A stretch of DNA of 64,000 nt from Hydrolagus affinis (Eukaryota): assembly GCA_012026655.1 (NCBI GenBank), contig JAAILG010001210.1:1-64000 (forward strand), written 5' to 3'. Each line of letters starts with the position of its first letter. Positions within the stretch are counted from its first letter, which is position 1. Of the stretch, positions 1 to 10,334 are shown one piece after another. The notes beneath the pieces were generated by a model. It made no database searches and was not told the origin of the DNA. It saw nothing but the letters and a program-made list of their open reading frames with translations. The position numbers and the translations under genes were made by a program.

Positions 1-371
1 TGTGTGGTTAGGTGGGGGTGGGGAGTTGCTGTGTGTGTGTGTGTGGCTGTGTGTCTGTGTGTGTGGGAGGAGGGGAAAGTTGCTGTCTGTGTGTGTATAT
101 GTGGTGGGGGTGGTGGAGGGGGGGAGAGAGAGGAGAAGGGAAGTTGCTGTGTGTTTGCAGAGAGAGGAAGTGAACATCTCCCTCCACTGACACCCCCTCT
201 CCCTTCCCCTGGGCTGACCTGTGTTGCTGGGTCTCCAGTCACTGCCGAGCCAGAGCGGCCGCCCTGAGCCTGGGAGACAAGCCGCCTCATTCCCTGCTTC
301 CTCTACCATCAGTCACAGTCTCAGCCCCAACCCCACCTGACACCGCTCTGTTTACCTGTCAAGCCTCCGGC
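1..371 (+). promoter_or_regulatory. BORCS5: Probable BORCS5 promoter and non-coding first exon (TSS not determinable; exon ends at 371)
   Basis: GC-richer segment with several CpGs and GGAAGT ETS-like motifs (~139, ~166). Strong donor GGC|GTGAGT at 372. The next good acceptor (2795) precedes the start-codon exon. No ATG between ~170 and 371. Inference, no transcript data. Confidence 0.5.
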
Positions 372-544
372 GTGAGTCTGTCTGACTCACATTATCATAA
401 GAATAATAATATCGATAATAACAACACTCCTTGCATTTGTTATAGCGTCTTATCCACGTTGTCGAGACGTCTTCAAAGCTCTTCACAGGATATAATGTAA
501 AGTGACTGGCAGTGTCGCTGCCCCTTCTGCAGTGAGTATGATTT

Positions 545-992
545 TGATATTATTATAATCCTTGCGTTTTACATTTTACACGCAGCACCTTTCACGACAG
601 GAGAAACATCTCAAAAGTGCTGCACTGGAATTATACTGTCTTAAGTGTAGTGACTGTGACTGTGTATACGCGGCTGGCAACCAGTTTGCGCACAACCAGT
701 GTTCCACAAACAGCCACAAAGTGAATGACCGATGTTATTGGGGGGGAATCGTGTTGGCCAGGAGACTGTGAGAAACTCCTTTTCTTTCTTAATTGTGCTG
801 CAGGATCTGAACAGGCAGATGAGACCTTGTCTTAAGATTTCATCCAAAATACGGCACCCCTGACAATGCAGCGCACAATCCGAGCTCTGCACTGGAGTGT
901 CGTCCTAGACTGAGTTCAAAACTCTTGACATGGGAATGGGGCCCACACGCTTTTGACTCAGAAGCTACGTGTTGTGCTACCAACTGAGCCGT
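545..992 (-). mobile_element. Old tRNA-headed Deu-domain-like SINE (longer family)
   Basis: Minus strand begins GGCTCAGTTGGTAGCAC (A-box-like), continues through a Deu-like core and ends in the shared tail. Related degraded copies at ~30160, 45440, 48940, 53690, 60040 and 61980. Family assignment is from recall. Confidence 0.65.
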
Positions 993-1279
993 GTTGATAC
1001 TCTGCTTCATGGAGCTGTTGGTGGATCGAGCTAAATTATCGGCTTCGATTTTGGCAAAACTGGTACAGCACCTCCTCGAGACTGTAGTCCATTTTACGAG
1101 CAGTTTATTTGCAACAAAAATAATAATCCTTGCTTCTTTCTAATCCCATATGTGCAGAAAGTGAAGGTTTTAATTATTTTGATTTACAAGAGAATAATCT
1201 ATAAGAGCATGGGGATGCTTTTAAGATTTTTATGTTTTCATCAACCGGAATGTTGTTATATATTTCTATATAATAATTT

Positions 1280-1580
1280 TGATGTGTTTGTGGAAGTTTA
1301 AATGTGTGAATGAATTGGAGATATTTTACAGAGATTTGTAAACAGCTGGGAAATTTCATATAATTTGAAACAAACACTTAAATTGTTTTGGAGAAACCTC
1401 AGCTGTTTTTAAAAAAAAACAATGTGTGGGTTTGTAAGAAAACTGGATGGGTTTTTTTCCTACAATTGTCAAATTGTATGAAAACTGGCCAGTTGTGTGT
1501 CACCAAGATGCCTAGCTGTTTGCAAATCTACAAATTATATCCAATTCATTCACACATTTAAACTTCCACAAACACGTTAT
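1280..1580. repeat. Long imperfect inverted repeat / foldback element
   Basis: 1284-1319 is the exact reverse complement of 1540-1575 (36 bp). Looser pairing continues inward (1353-1367 vs 1469-1483). Confidence 0.85.
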
Positions 1581-1741
1581 TGTATCTGGAACCATTTGTG
1601 TGAAACAAATCGATTCAGTTTGTTGACTTTCAATAAATATAGGAACCACTCAGTCCAACGGAATAGCATCAAACCCAAAGAATAGCTAATTCTCTGGGTT
1701 TACCCCAAGAATTGTTACATTAATATTAAGATGTTCAACTA

Positions 1742-2400
1742 AACAAGAACAACAAATTACACTTGTATAGTGCCCTTCGCATTGGAAAGACAACCCAGGA
1801 TCCTTGACAGTCAGGGATTTTTGGACTCAAGCTGGGAGATGGGGTCAGGAGAGGTGGAGGGTGGCTGAAGGCACGGTCGAAGAGGAAAGTTTTTAGATGG
1901 GACTTCAAGCAGGCAAGAGGGGGTGAGGTAGAGGGATTGGGGGATAGAGTTTCAGAGTGTGGGGACAGAGATGCTGAATGCCTGACCACCAGTAATGAGA
2001 TGGAAAATGCAGGGAATCTGAAGCAGGCCCTTGCCGCTGAGTGGTGTGACCGGACAGGCTGGAATGAGATTAGGAGATTAGAGTGTTAGATCAGAGTGTT
2101 GGGACGTCCTCCTGATGTGAAAGGTGCTACACAAGTGTAATTTTGTTGTTGTTGTTAGGGGGAGCAAGACAGTGGAGGGCTTCGAAACTGAGAACGAGGG
2201 TTTTGTCCTCGATTCTCTGAAGGATGGGCAGCTATTGAAGCTGTGCAAGAATGGGGGGTGATTGGCTTGCAGAGCCCGGTGAGGGAGAGGACACAAGCTG
2301 CAGAGTTATGAATAATTTGAAGCTTGTGGAAGGAAGAGTTGGGAAGTCCAACAAGCAGGTAGTTAGCGTAGTCAAAACTATCTTTGTGCAAGTGCAGGAA
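1742..2400 (-). mobile_element. L2-clade LINE 3' fragment, with a short opposite-strand L2 tail inserted at ~2085-2156
   Basis: Minus-strand peptides DYANYLLVGLPNSSFHKLQIIHNSAA and KSHLKTFLFDRAF are typical L2 ORF2 C-terminus. (TTG)n-like tail. Confidence 0.85.
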
Positions 2401-2831
2401 TCCAGCTACACAGTATTGGAAATGGTTTGTTTTGTTTTGATAACATCACTGAATCATCAAAGTTCAACAATGATATCATCATGGAATAACAGTGGTACTT
2501 ACTTGTACAGTCCTCAACCGATTGTTCCAATTTCAGAATGGTAGTTCTCACTCAGTTGTGCTATTTGTGTTTATTGGGTAAATACATATTTGAGGTTAAA
2601 GGCATATTAAACGCAAGTCGTGTGGGTGATCCCGTATCAATGGAAGCTACTCGATGCATTAAAACTCCACAAGTTATCAAATTCCTATTGTGTTGTTTTT
2701 CTCTTACCTGTTCATGACTGCAGAGGAGACAAGTGGTTCAAAGCACTAAAGTGATCTGTGTTACCACCTGATAACCTCATGTTTGGTTTCTGCAGAATTG
2801 CGGGGGCTTTGTGAGACTACATTGTAATAAC

Positions 2832-2889
2832 ATGGGAGCTGAGCAGAGCACGTATACTGATCATAAACATCCCGAATCACATGTCTCGG
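2832..2889 (+). CDS. BORCS5: BORCS5 coding exon 1 (MGAEQSTYTDHKHPESHVS; exon starts at 2796 with 36 nt of 5'UTR)
   Basis: Acceptor tttctgcag|2796, ATG in good context (aacATGg), MGxxxS N-myristoylation motif like human MGSEQS, donor G|GTAAGT at 2890. 58 nt, phase 1. Confidence 0.9.
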
Positions 2890-3350
2890 GTAAGTCATGC
2901 TGCAGGTTCTTGCGTGAATCCTTTCTTGTTGCTGTTTCTCTTTTCCTCTTCCCCCATCCTTTTCCCCTGATGATGCTTATTTTTGCTAAGATGCTGCTTC
3001 ACAGCTGCCAGCCGCCCTGTCTTGCCTCATTGTGCATCTGCCTGGAGACTGAGCAGGTTACTGAAGTGGAGGGCATCATGTCCTTATCATTATCTCACTA
3101 CAGGAGTTTTCTAGCAGGGATTGATGGAAACTATACTGATTACGCATGAAAACTTGTTACTCTGATCTGTATGTTGCTTTATTTATTTATTTTGCTGAAT
3201 ATAGATTGATAAGATTTATTTTACCTTAGGTTTCTTTTGGATTTCTAATGAGCGAGTCAGTCATAAAAATGTGCAACTTTCAGACTGTAGGTGACTCACT
3301 GCCCTTCCTTTACAATGTATGTGAGGCGTCTATATTCTCAGTGGTTTGAA

Positions 3351-3674
3351 GTGGAGTCCTGTCGCTCAGTGGTTAGAGCATTTGCCTTACAAGCGGAAGA
3401 CCTGTATTCAATTCCCAGCATGTCCCCAGCGAGTAAGGAAACCTGCAAGTTTCCTTACACCACATGTCTAATAAGAATCCCTCGAAAACAAAACAATAAT
3501 AACTAAATTGGTCATTTCAATCCATGACTGTTTGTGGGACACTGCTGTGTGCAATTGGCTGCCGTGTTTTGCCCCAAATACAGTCAATTCACTTTACAGT
3601 ATATTCCGTGAAGCGCTTTGAGACGTCTGGAAGATGTGGAAAGCACGATATCAAATGCAAGGATTATTATTATT
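3351..3674 (+). mobile_element. tRNA-derived SINE, full length (young family with Deu-like core and (ATT)n tail)
   Basis: Head GTGGAGTCCTGTCGCTCAGTGGTTAGAGC (A box) and TATTCAATTCC (B box). Core TGGGACACTGCTGTGTGCAATTGGCTGCC. Tail ATATCAAATGCAAGGATTATTATT. Many copies in the window. Confidence 0.9.
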
Positions 3675-3877
3675 TTCTGTGCGGTGTAAAGCAAGTGCTG
3701 TCAGTAGCGACATTAATAATAATAATCTTTGCATTTGATATAACATCTCTTCACATCATCGAGACATTCCAAAGCACTTCAGAACAGCCACAATTGCATT
3801 TACATTGGGTCTTTCACATCTGGAGGATGTCCCAAGGTGTTGATACCACAGATTGACTGTATTTTGAACATGGTCAG

Positions 3878-4261
3878 TAGTGTCTGGCGATATATCGATA
3901 TATCGGTTATATCGGTATAATTTTTCATATTGATATGCCGATATTGGAAATTCAAATACATCGGTATATCGAAAAATTCGGTATATAAAAAAAATCAGTA
4001 TATCGCAAATATCGGTATATCGTGTCCGGCGATATATCGGTTATATCGGTATAAAGCGAACTTTTTCAACTTTCCTTGTCGCCAGCATTGCAATCCTGGA
4101 CCTAGAGCACGGAATGCGCGTGCATATTGGAATGCATGCGCACCTCCGAATGCGCACGCATGCGCAGTATAAAAAACCTGGCGATATCGATAGATCGGTA
4201 TATATTGATATGAGCCCACTGATATATCGATATCGGAAAATTTCCATATCGACGGACCCTA
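3878..4261 (+). mobile_element. Non-autonomous hAT transposon (MITE), copy 1
   Basis: Imperfect TIRs TAGTGTCTGGCGATA / TATCGACGGACCCTA. Exact 8-bp TSD ATGGTCAG (3870-3877, 4262-4269). Dense subterminal ATATCG/CGATAT repeats. Confidence 0.92.
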
Positions 4262-4376
4262 ATGGTCAGTAAGAGCACTTCAAAATGATCTTCCCCTGTA
4301 TAATCCCTGCATAATCCGTTGATTCATTAAAATGGCTGCAGCACCGTGGGAGTCATTATATTCTTGTTTTAACCAG

Positions 4377-4523
4377 CTTCACCATCTCCAGCGAAGCAGA
4401 GGGCCAAGATGGATGACATCATAGTTGTTGCCACAGGGACCCAGCAGCCTGCACGAACAACGTGGAATGATCCCGATGTAATTAAGCTGCAGGAAATTCC
4501 CACCTTCCAACCTCTGCTTAAAG
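4377..4523 (+). CDS. BORCS5: BORCS5 coding exon 2 ([49 protein letters not shown])
   Basis: Acceptor ttttaaccag|, donor AAAG|GTAATG. 147 nt, phase 1-1. Matches recalled BORCS5 sequence SPAKHRAKMDDIVVV...[20 protein letters not shown]. Confidence 0.96.
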
Positions 4524-4662
4524 GTAATGTGCTTTTTGTTTCCTTCCAGGATACATTTCAAAACTGGTGGCATTTCGCTTTTAAAGTAACACATTTAAAA
4601 GCCCACAGTTTTATATAAACACACACACACGCATATGTATATATATGCACATGTGTATATAT

Positions 4663-5131
4663 TAGGGTCCGTCGATATGGAAATTTTCCAATATCGATAT
4701 ATCGGTGGGCTCATATCGATATATACCGATGTATCGATATCACCGGGTTTTTATCTTGTGCGCATGCGAGGAAATGGTGATTAGTGGGAGGAGGGGGAGG
4801 AGGGGGAATGACCGGTCTGCGCATGTCTGATTGTGTTTGGTGGTGGGGGAAGGGAAGAAGGGGGATGCGCGCATTCAGATATGCATGCTCTACATCCAGG
4901 AAGTTTGTGATGCAGGCGACAAGGTTAGTTAAATGCTATCTATGGTTTTTTGTTAGTTTAAAGGGCATTTGAACCTTTGGTTGTATATCTTGTGTATGCT
5001 GTAACGTGGCATTTGTTGACGATATACTGATATTTTGTGGATATACCGATATTTTTTTCATACCGAATTTTTCGATATACCGATATTTTCAAATTTCCGA
5101 TATCGGTATATCGATATATCGCTGGACACTA
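4663..5131 (-). mobile_element. Non-autonomous hAT transposon (MITE), copy 2, inverted relative to copy 1
   Basis: Ends TAGGGTCCGTCGATA ... TATCGCTGGACACTA. 8-bp TSD GTATATAT (4655-4662, 5132-5139). Same termini as copy 1 but a different interior. Confidence 0.92.
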
Positions 5132-5681
5132 GTATATATATATTTTTAAATGCTTTTATTTTTAAATAAAGTAAAAACAAATGTTGTCACTCAATTCAAA
5201 GCAGTTTATGAAACATTCTTGTGCTGTGTTTGTCTACCCAAAAAATGGTTATTACACTTCACAGTAAAATGCTGGCCCTAAGGCTGGCTGGCTTAATGCT
5301 TACTGAGAAGCTTGATTCACCCATCTGTTTTCTTAGCTAGGGAACAGTGCGTATTATGGGGGAGGGGGAAAAAAAAATGTGTCCTGTAGACTTAAGATAT
5401 TAAGCCCTAACTGCCTTTAATTAACACACTTAATATATTTTGAGATTATCAAGTTCTTTTGAGAAACACCCAAGTGATTTAATTATTTGTACTCTTTTTC
5501 AATGGTTCACTTCCTTTTCTTAAATCTGGATTTTAACAGAATCTTACTGGCTGCGTTGAAGTATACATGTTCAGTTTTCTGTATGAATATTCCGTAAAGT
5601 GAATTGACTATGTTTTGTCCCACAAATTATACAGTCAATTTACTTTACATTGTATTCTGTGAAGTGCTTTGAGATATCTCG

Positions 5682-6822
5682 AACAACAACAAAATTATAT
5701 TTGTGTAGCACCTTTCACATGGGAGGAAATCAGTGCTTTGGTTCTGAGCTGGAGTCGGGATCGGGGAGGGTGCAAAGAAGGGAGAGGAAGTGGGAGATGG
5801 TGTGGTGACCGGTGGAACTGTTGAAGAGGAGGGCCTTGAAGGAGGCTGGGGAGGGGTGAGGCGGAGGCATTGTGGGATGGAATTCCGAAGATAGGAGGCA
5901 GAGTGGCTGAAGGCTCGCCTGCTGATGGTGGGGTGGGTGGGTCGGGTGAAATGGAGTAGGCCGCTTAATGGAGGGAACGGAGAGGTTAGTAGGGGGTTAG
6001 GTGGTCGCAGAGGTGGGGCCATAGAGGGCTTCAAAGGTGAAGACCAACATCTTGAATTGAATCCCCTGAATGATGAGAAGCCAATGGTGTTGGGCGAAAA
6101 TAGGGTCAGGAGCTTGGTGCGGGAGAGGACATGGGCTTCATAGTTCTGGGTGATCTGCAGCCTGTGAAAGGAGGGCGTTGGCATAGTTGAGCCTGGGTGT
6201 GATGAAGGCATGAATGAGAGTTTCAACAGCTTGAGGGGTGAAATAGTGTCAGAGTTGGGCAATGTTGTGGAGGTGAGGGAAGGCAGAGCGGGTCATGGCA
6301 CAGATGTGGGGGAGAAAAAGACAGTTGAGGATCGAACAAGACACCAAGGTTCCTGACTGGGTTGGTGAGGTGGAATGTGCAATGCTGCCAGGGCCTGAGG
6401 TGCAGAGGCGTTGTTGCGAGCCAATTGGGAAGGCCTTAGTCTTGTTGTCACTCAACTGTAGAAAGTTAGATCTCATCCAGGAGTTGATGCCTTTGGTGAG
6501 GAGTGGGAAGGTGGACAGAGGAGACGGTTTGTAGTGGAGAAGAGGAGCCTGAGATTATCCTTAAACTCCATGATTATCTTGTAGTAGAAGGAAGATTTGG
6601 CAGAGGTGAGGGAGGAGTGGTAGATCTTGGTGTGATCAAACCAAATCTGCCGATGGACTGTTGGTTTGGATTTGGTCCAGGTGCATTCAGCGTCTTGCAC
6701 TTGTGTCTTGAGGGATCAGAGATGGCTGGTGCACCATAAGGATTTATGGGAGTATGAGGCGGTTCGGGTGAAAAGGGAGTCATGGATGGAGGAGAGGGAG
6801 TTATAGAGAAAAGTCGACTACC
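5682..6822 (-). mobile_element. L2 LINE, internally deleted ORF2 fragments plus 3' end
   Basis: Peptides WMRSNFLQLSDNKTK, SLTSAKSSFYYKII..NLRLLFSTTNRLL and ISRRAFSHSASYLRNSIPQ. Frameshifted. (GTT)n tail at 5682. Confidence 0.88.
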
Positions 6823-8034
6823 TGATCACATTATTATTATTATTCAACAACAACAACAACAAATTACACTTATAGAGCGCCCTTCACGTCGGGAGGACGT
6901 CCCAAGGCGCTGCTCATGTTGAAGTGACTGTTTCGCATACAAAGTACAGAAATTGCTGTCAGCTATTCAAAAAAAGTATTTGCCGGTTTACATAATTTTC
7001 TGTCATCTTACAGTCTTCTAAGTAAATTAAGTTCTAATCATCTCTAATGATGTGCTTGGTTACTCTTGTGTGTTGCACTGCTCCATATATCTTACAAATC
7101 CTATGAGTTATAGAGTCTGTTTACAGTGTTAAGAAGAACATATGTGAGTGAACTGCTCTGCTGAACCTAATCATCTTCATTAGCAAGAATGTGTATCTAC
7201 GTTTGGATAATTTTAGATACATTTGTGTCTGATTTGAAAGCTGAATTTCATGGTTTCTGCGATGCAGTTTACGCATGAATGCATGCAAATTGTAGTTGGT
7301 CACATAAGAAAAAAACCAGCAATGGCAGAGCAATTGAGAAAAATGCATTGCCAATCATGCTACAGTTAGCTTCCTGGATTACCACTGATGGGAATCTCTA
7401 CCTTTGGTGGCTGTGCTTGAATTTGACGGAGGCAACATTGCTGCTTCCAGAGGCAAGGACACTCCAGAGGCCGATGGACTGTTGCCGTTGGATGAAGACA
7501 TTGCCGTTGGCCAGTTTCTTCTGTCTTTGTGCTGAACTCTGTCCATGTTGCTGTATTGGCCTGCAATGCACTTGTTTCACTGTTGCAAGGATGGAACCGT
7601 TCCCAGAGGCCTAGATTGTTGTGGTTCCCAAGCGCATCACCCTGTAACATTATCAGAACAGATTCCATTAAAAATTACTCACCATAAAAATGGCCTCACG
7701 GAGGCAGTGTTACACAAGTGTTTCTCAGAGCAACTGGTAGGAATCACTATGATCCTAGTACTGTACAACCTTTTAATAATGAGGCTGTAGGTTATTGAAC
7801 AGTTACTTTAGTCAGAGTTTCATTGTGTACAGTGTTAACCCACTGAATCTCTGCAAGCAAGAGAGAACATTAATATGTCCTTGCATGTTTTTGGTTTTAC
7901 AGTGCTCGCATTTAGCAGGTACGTCAATATAACCACTCTGGAAACCAACTACTGTATTGTTGAAATTTAAAACCAAAATCTTTTCAAAGTCAAAACCATT
8001 CATTATCTTACCTCAATCATTTTTAGTTAATCCT

Positions 8035-8612
8035 TCAAAAAAAGTAGGTCACTCCTTTGGTCACTCAATCTATGAATGTTTCTGGGACATTGCAGTGCAC
8101 GATCGGCTGCCACGTTTTGCCCTGAAAATATACAGTCATTTCACTTTACAGTATGTTCTGTGAAGCTCTTTGAGACGTCTAAAAGATGTGAAAAGCGCTA
8201 TATCAAATGCAAGGATTTTTATTATTTACAGTATAATCTGTGAAGTGCTTTGAGACACCTGAACGACTTTATAATAATAATAATAATCCTTACATTTGAT
8301 ATAGCACTTTTCACGTCTTCTAGACGTCTCAAAGCACTTCACAGAATATACTGTAAAGTGAATTGACTGTATATTTGTGGGAGAAACGCAGCAGCCAATT
8401 GTGCACGGTAGTGTCCCACAAACAGTCATGAATCGAAATGGCCAAATTTTATTATTGTGTATTTTTTGTGTGAGATTATTTATTAAGCAGGTGGAGTAAG
8501 GAAACTTGCCCAAGGTTTCACCCTGACCTACCTGGAATTGAACACAGGTCTCATGCTTGTAAGACAAGTGCACATAAGGCACTATATCAAATGCAAAGAT
8601 TATTTTTATTCA
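8035..8612. mobile_element. Cluster of SINE pieces: + partial (8035-8225) and a + tail split by a - copy (8271-8572)
   Basis: Same SINE core and tail in both orientations. The + tail ...GAACGACTTT resumes as ATAAGGCACTATATCAAATGC after the - copy. Confidence 0.8.
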
Positions 8613-9539
8613 TTGTTATTTGAGAGGCTTAATTGATTTGCTCTAATGCCTGATTTCCCAAAAGTAAATATGATGTAGAGGTTCCATTAAGCAGCGTATT
8701 GGCCTAACAGGCGTTAATCTTTTGTAGTATGTCCCAAAAGAACAACTTGCTCTTGGCATTTATGCAATGCCAAATAGCTGCGGCCCGATGTCACAGTAAA
8801 ATATTTACAGTGGCTGAAGTGGGCTGGAACTCCTCGACTGTTGAGCAGTGACCCCTCCTGGAAAACTAGTCAAAATATTAATTGTGGCTTTAATTTCTCA
8901 CACAGCTGAACAGACTACTGGTTCCACACATGAAGAATAGTTATTTGGGTGATATCCATAAGCGTGCCTTAACTGTTGCATCAAGTTCCTGTAGCTGTAT
9001 TCACCAGAGAAAGCTCTCACATAGGATTTCGTTGCTCACTCTATTGAACACACTATCTTTATCCTGCAGAGGGCAGTAATCCTTTTCTCCTAACAGAATA
9101 AAAGGTCATCTGCTGGTTGTGGTTTCCATTTGTTGTTCTGTCATGCCTGGTGTGATCATGATTACCTTTTGGAATGAATCGGTGACCAGTTGATTAAAGC
9201 TTCTTAAATTACATAAAAAGTTTATTCCCAAACTGAATTTTATCCGCAGGACGTGCAGGTAAAGAGTACTCTGCAGTTTTCATACAAAGTTGTGGCTTTT
9301 ATTTTACTTTATTTTGCCCACAAAATACACAGTTTATCCTGTGAAGCGCTTTGAGATGTCTTGAAGAGGTGATAAGGCACTATATCAAATGCAAGCATTA
9401 TTGTTATTGCTCACCAGGCATATTTCTTTTAATACAAGGCTGCCCGTTTGTTTGCCTGATGTTTTGTTCTTGCACTTAAAAGGGGAAGAGACAACAAATC
9501 TATATAGTGCCTTTCATGTTTCCTTTTCGACCGTGCCTT

Positions 9540-9897
9540 CAGCTGCCCTCCCACCTCTCTGCCACCCCTCACCCCTACCATGCTCGGGTCCTGACCCGTT
9601 GCCTTCGCTTCTCCGGTTCTGGTCTCCTCCTTGTCCCCGGAATCCTCCGCTTCACCATCAGCGGCTGTGCCTTCAGCTACAACGCCCCGAAGCTCTGGAA
9701 CTCCCTTCCTCACTCACTTCGCTTCGCCCACTCTCTTCCTAGTTTCAGGTCTCGGCTAAAGACCTTTCTTTTCGCCCACGCCTTTGGTCACCTTTTTCCT
9801 CCTGCCCATGGCTTGGGCCCAGGATCCATTATTGTGAAGCACTCTGAGACGCCTTCCTGCGTGGAGGGCGCTATATAAATCAAAGTTGTTGTTGTTG
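9540..9897 (+). mobile_element. L2 LINE 3' end (second subfamily)
   Basis: LRFSGSGLLLVP..TISGCAFSYNAPKLWNSLPHSLR..FRSRLKTFLF. Tail GGAGGGCGCTATATAAATCAAAGTTGTTGTTG shared with 36030-36500. Confidence 0.88.
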
Positions 9898-9960
9898 ACT
9901 GTTCAACGCCTTGGGATCTCCTCACTACATGAAAGGCACTCTATAAATGTAATTTTGTTG

Positions 9961-10334
9961 TAATAATAATAATCCTTGCATTTGATATGGTGCTTTTCAC
10001 GTCTTCTAGCGCGCTATTGTGAAGCGCTCTGAGACGCTGTCCGGCATGGAGGGCGCTATATAAATCAAAGTTGTTGTTGTTTTAAAGCGCTTCAAAGAAT
10101 ATCCTGTAAAGAGAATTGACTGTATGTATGTGGGCAAAATAGGACAGCCAATTGGGCACAGCAGTATCCCACAAACAGTCTTGGATTGAAATGACCAATT
10201 TATTATTTTTTTTGAGGGATTATTATTAGGCCCATGGAATAAGGAAACTTGGCCAAGGTTTCACCCTACCTGGAATTGAACCCAGGTCTCTCGCTTGTAA
10301 AGCAGGTGCTAACTATTGAGCTGCAGGACTCCAC
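9961..10334 (-). mobile_element. tRNA SINE, full length, interrupted by an L2 tail (+, ~10010-10082)
   Basis: Reverse complement of the SINE head at 10321-10334 (CTGCAGGACTCCAC). The inserted segment equals the L2 tail at 9830-9897. Confidence 0.85.

Noticed and set aside
3351-3425. tRNA-like sequence (also at ~10260, 28330, 37687, 55639, 58839)
   Set aside because: These are SINE heads. Each continues into the same core and tail and the acceptor stem is not intact, so they are not tRNA genes.
3885-4250. Short ATATCG/CGATAT repeats resembling a CRISPR or iteron array
   Set aside because: Irregular spacing, no unique spacers, and bounded by TIRs and an 8-bp TSD. These are hAT subterminal repeats in a vertebrate genome.
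5645-6262. 205-aa minus-strand ORF
   Set aside because: Mixed-frame read-through of a decayed L2 3' end, not a gene.
7279-7790. Cluster of overlapping ORFs of 60-111 aa in the BORCS5 intron
   Set aside because: No recognisable domain or consistent splice signals. A decayed repeat cannot be excluded but is unsupported.
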